Assembly: GCA_002269645.1 (NCBI GenBank)
Contig: NIVC01000553.1
Coordinates: forward strand, 156,554 to 220,553
Source of the DNA: Macrostomum lignano
Taxonomy: Eukaryota
Direction: 5' to 3'
Length of the DNA stretch: 64,000 nt
Within the stretch, counting starts at the first letter, position 1. Each line of letters starts with the position of its first letter. Both the position numbers and the translations under genes were made by a program. A model generated the notes under the pieces. The model was not told the DNA's origin, did no database searches, and was given only the letters and a program-made list of their open reading frames with translations. Below are positions 59,659-64,000 of this stretch, piece by piece.

Positions 59659-62520
59659 ATGGGTTACAAGTGTTGTGCATTTGGCTGCACAAGTGGCTAC
59701 AAAAATCATTCGCAACAAGTCGATACTAAGGTGACATTTCATTCTATTCCGAAAGATGAAGCTCTCAAAGCTTTATGGTTGAAAGCCAACCCAAGAAAAG
59801 ATTTTGTTCCTTCTAAGCACTCGAGGATGTGCTCCCTGCATTTCGTGCCCAGTGACTTCATCGAGGAACATTCCGACAGCAATTTTCGCAGATCGAAGAA
59901 CTTTGAAACGAAGAAGCTGACGAAAAGGTACTTAAAGAAGGACGCAGTACCAACTATCTTTCCTAACGCACCGTCTTATCTGTCATCAAGGCCAGCCGCT
60001 GTTCGACACTCCGCTTCGATTGCAACTGTCTCCGGTCGCCTAGACAAAGAAGTTCAACGCTTAGAAGCCATGGAAGAGGCATTTGAAGATGACGATAACA
60101 TCAGCTCTCTGAGTCTGGCGGAGGTGAAAGTTCGACTGGCTGAGGAGAGCAAAAAGCCTGAAGGATTTCAGGTTGTCATCATGGACTTGATTTTAATGAT
60201 CTATTTCTTAGCGTATGTCAGTGGCGTTCTAGACTTGGCCGGTTCAATCTCAGTTTACGCTGATTTTAAAGTGCAGGTAAGTTGTGGCAAGGAAGTCCTT
60301 TCGCCTAGGCTTTACCATGGCATCTTGCCAGATAGACTAAGCACTTTGTCTCAATTATTGAATCTCTTGGCTCGCTTAAAAGCATGGTGTAGTGATGACA
60401 AGTGTGCGTCAGACCGACTTTTGGACTCCGTTATCACGAACTTAAAAAGATACATAGGAATTCTAGTGGAGGGGTGTGACAAACATTGGAAGCTTAGCTT
60501 CATTCTTGAACAAATCGAGTTGGCTTCTTCAACAAAGTACCATCGGAATTACTCGCCCGAGCTATCGATTTTCGCCTATCTTGTCCACGCGTCGAGTTCA
60601 GCAGCCTACCGAGTTCTACTGGAAGAAGATGTGCTATGCCTGCCATCCGTAAAAACTCTGCAGAAGATTACTAAACGCGTACAGGGTGAGTCTGGACTGG
60701 ATAATGGACTGGCCTATTTAAACCTTCGAATCTCTAACCTAAACAATTTCGAAAGAACATGTTTGCTGATTATTGACGAAATATACATAGCAAAACGTGT
60801 AGAATATAGCAGCGTGGAAGTCTACGGTCTTACAGCTGATGGTGCAGTTGTGTCTACTTTGCTTTGCTTTATGGTAAAATCTCTGGTGAGCAAGTTCAAA
60901 GACATCGTAGCAATATTTCCTATGGCGAATCTAACAGCCGAAAAGCAATACCACTGCTACCAAGAAGTCATGAGAACAGTGAGGAGCGTTGGATTTAATA
61001 TCGTTGCGATTTCTGTAGACAATGCTGCAGTTAATCGTAAGTTCTTCCATATTTATCTCTGCAATGGCTTGTTAACAACTAGTATTTCAGATCCTGTGTC
61101 TGGACAGCCAATCTTTCTAATTTTTGACCCAGTCCATGACTTAAAAAACGTCTACAACAATTTTCAATCTCGAAAACTTTCCCGCTGTCCAGAATTTCTA
61201 TCATACTTGCCAAATGGTTGCCTTGCTAATTTTAACCACATTGCGGAACTGTTTCAAATGGAGTCCTCTGCGCCTCTTAAGAAGGCACACTAGCTTTCAC
61301 GCACCGTTCTGGAACCAAAAAATATTGAACGGGTCTCTGTACAACTGGCAACTTCTGTGTTCTCGGAGTCCACGAGAGATGCGCTCATATGCTATTCTAG
61401 ACACAGCGGAAAGCCTGAATGGAACGATGCGGCCCTTTTTATATCACTTGTTTTAAAGCTCTGGAATGTGCTGAACGTAAAGTCGTCCGTCAAAGGTAAG
61501 CATAAGCGAGACATAAGTATGGACCCCGTGCGCTCGTCTTTGGACTGGAAGTTAGTGTTTCTTAGAGATTTTGCCAATTTTTTGCAACGCTGGAAGTCTA
61601 GTGGCCGGTTGGGATTAACGGCGGAAACGTTCCTCGCTTTGAGGCAAGCTTGTCTTGCTATTTCGGTCTGTGCTAGTTTCTTGATTGATCATCTAGGATT
61701 CAATTATGTTTTGCTAGGTCAACTGCAATCAGATGCATTGGAATCTCGATTTGGCTGGCTGCGGCAGCTATCTGGTGCAAATTACTTCGTGTCAATGAAG
61801 CAAGTTTTTGAGAATGACAGAAAAATCCGCGCTGTCTTGCTTCTGAAGTTTTCAAATGTAACGCTGCTGGATATCGAAAAAGCAGCTGCACTTTCAGTGG
61901 AAGAACGCCAACCGGAAAAAACAACGGAACTTGAAAATGTCGCCGACTCTGTATCTGAGGCTATCCAACTCGATACAAAGCCATCGATTGATGATCTTAA
62001 TATAATTTTCTACGTAACTGGTGCTGTCGCTCGCTCTACTGTTGCGGTAACAAAGTGCAAGTAGTGTGTTGACTCGCTTATTGCCACAGATGAGAGCTCA
62101 AGAACTGACGAAGCCAACCTGTGCCATTCAATTTTTCTGGACAGCGTCGACAGAGGCGGCCTTGTAAGGCCCAGTGATTTTGCTTATCAGGTCGCAGTTC
62201 ACTGTTGGAAAGTATTTCTGGGAATTTGGAATAGTGAAGCCACTAAAAACATGTTTTTGACGTTATCTTGCCATCGACAATTGTTCTGTAAAGTTTTTGA
62301 TCGGTGCACCGACGATGAGCGGTTTTCAAGCGTACTCTTCGGCAATAACATGTGCACTGCCGGTCACAATATTCAGCACCATCTAGTTTGTAGGCTTTTT
62401 AACTGCTTTAACTGCTTTGCCAAGAATTTCGTAAAAGACATGTCAAGCGCTACTCAGTCTAAAAGCGGTCCGAACCAGCGAAAGATTCCTAAGCTTTCAG
62501 GAGCGTCTGCAATGCATTAG
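59659..62520 (+). pseudogene. THAP P-element transposase, one continuous frame (953 codons) interrupted by two in-frame TAG codons
   Basis: ORFs at 59659, 61357 and 62251 share one frame; stops at 61291-61293 and 62062-62064. Motifs IIDEIY, VDNAAVN, FDPVHDLKN and LQSDALESRFG are intact. Termini not identified. Confidence 0.88.
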
Positions 62521-63462
62521 CTGGTGAGCTGTCAAATACATTATTTTGTATTCTTTTAGTAGATAGTACCACATTTGCCAAGTGGCTAGAGGATTTGTTA
62601 CATAGCGATCGTATTCGACATCTCAACAGCGTTTCTAGTGTCTTCTTAATAATATTTGTCTAGCTTGTTCTTGCCCCTATTAAGTGCTACTTAGATGTAG
62701 AATTTATCTTATTTTATTCGAAGTTCTAATAATTTAGACATATTTAATTGCCTGCTCTTCAGAAGAAATTTCTCATCTCTAGCATAAAGTAGCTATGTCA
62801 ATTTTCCAGAAAGCGCTGTGTGGTTTTAAGCTTCAGTTATTTTAGGAAATTTTCTAAATTAATAACCTGGGGGGTAGAAAATCTTGGGCCGCATCTCGTA
62901 CACCCCCAATTTCTGTTTCCTGTCCAGACCTTCTACTATTCAGGGGTCCGTGGCTGACGTAAACTACCCTTCAGGCAGGGCCGCTGTATAGGCAACCAGT
63001 GAGATCGATTGCATCTCTGGACTGCGAGCCGTATTGCCACCCCGTACCCCAGGTGAGAGCCAGTCGCCAATACTGCTGAGTTTGGGTCGACCCAAACTGG
63101 ACCCAAAACTCAACCCAAACACATCCAAGATGCCAGATCCCCGATCTATTCTTCACTTACTTACTCACTCACTTACTTACTTAATTACTTACTTACTTAC
63201 TTATAATTAGTCCTTGATTTTCAATAGGTTATTAAAAAATCTGCGACAACTTCAAGACGACATGAGCTTACGCTCATAAACCGACTCTGAAGGAATTGTA
63301 GGAGACTGTCGAATATAATTCATTCGGGTCGATGGCGTTGTTGCGACTGCAGAGTTTGCGAAACTGCCTCCTGCGTAATGCAGTTTGTTTGCAGCTGTGA
63401 ACGCCAGAGATTCAACAATTGAAAGCCTGTCTTTACGAGTATAAAGACGCCATTTCCAGCGA

Positions 63463-64000
63463 GGCCGGCCTATCGTGTCTGACGTGCACAGCGAGTCATA
63501 TGCCAGCGGCCGCTTCATCGACAGCTTCCTGCAGCCGATCGTCATCAGGGATACCGACCACTTCCAGGCGGCCATCAGAGACATCACCTGCCCGGCGCCG
63601 GGTGAGACCTTTCTGTTCACCATGGACGTCTCCAGCCTGTACACCAACATCCTGACCGCGGACGGACTCGAGTGCGTGCGGAGGGCCTTCAGGGAGCACC
63701 CGGACGCCCGGCGCCCAGACGCGAGCCTCCTCAGTCTGCTCAAGCTGAACCTGGAGCGCAACGACTTCGAGTTCGACGGGAAACTTTTCCTGCAAGTGAA
63801 AGGCACGGCCATGGGGAAGTCGTTTGCACCCAGCTACAGCAACATCTACATGGGCTACTGGGAGCAGCGGGGCCTGGAGCTCAGCCCGCAGAAGCCTGCC
63901 CTGTGGCTTTGCTACATCGACGACATCTTTGGCGCCTGGCATGGAACGAGAGACGAGCTGGTCCGCTTCCAAGAGCTCCTGGATGGCCTCGACCCGAACA
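63463..64000 (+). mobile_element. Penelope-like retroelement reverse transcriptase, 5'-truncated, runs off the window end
   Basis: My translation: GRPIVS..S......FID..LQPI..IRDT.HF...FLFTMDVSSLYTNI...NDFEFDGKLFLQVKGTAMGKSFAPSYSNIYMG.WE...WLCYIDDIFGAW, i.e. typical PLE RT motifs. Confidence 0.9.

Overview
Eukaryotic genomic DNA. GC-rich exons, AT-rich flanks and minisatellite-filled introns suggest an invertebrate; the style resembles the flatworm Macrostomum lignano, which is an inference and was not checked. 1-28 kb holds four spliced conserved genes on the + strand (OAF, CCDC112, FAXDC2, SYF2) and an intronless four-TM orphan gene on the - strand. Nearly every intron and gene flank carries its own tandem repeat, and there is a Mutator-like MITE with a 10-bp TSD. 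30-42 kb is a cluster of four intronless genes for a secreted PAN/apple + C-type-lectin protein: two intact, two frameshifted, with a near-identical core and a highly variable C-terminal ligand loop. A defective piggyBac sits inside the cluster. 43-63 kb is a nest of P-superfamily (THAP) transposons. One is decayed with perfect 37-bp TIRs. One is nearly intact with an 8-bp TSD. One has a single frame broken by two TAG codons. One is an 8.4-kb non-autonomous element (35-bp TIRs, 7-bp TSD) whose cargo is two head-to-tail Helitron-like units, each carrying about 3 kb of a 23-bp satellite. The window ends in a Penelope-like reverse transcriptase fragment. No rRNA, intact tRNA or CRISPR array was seen.
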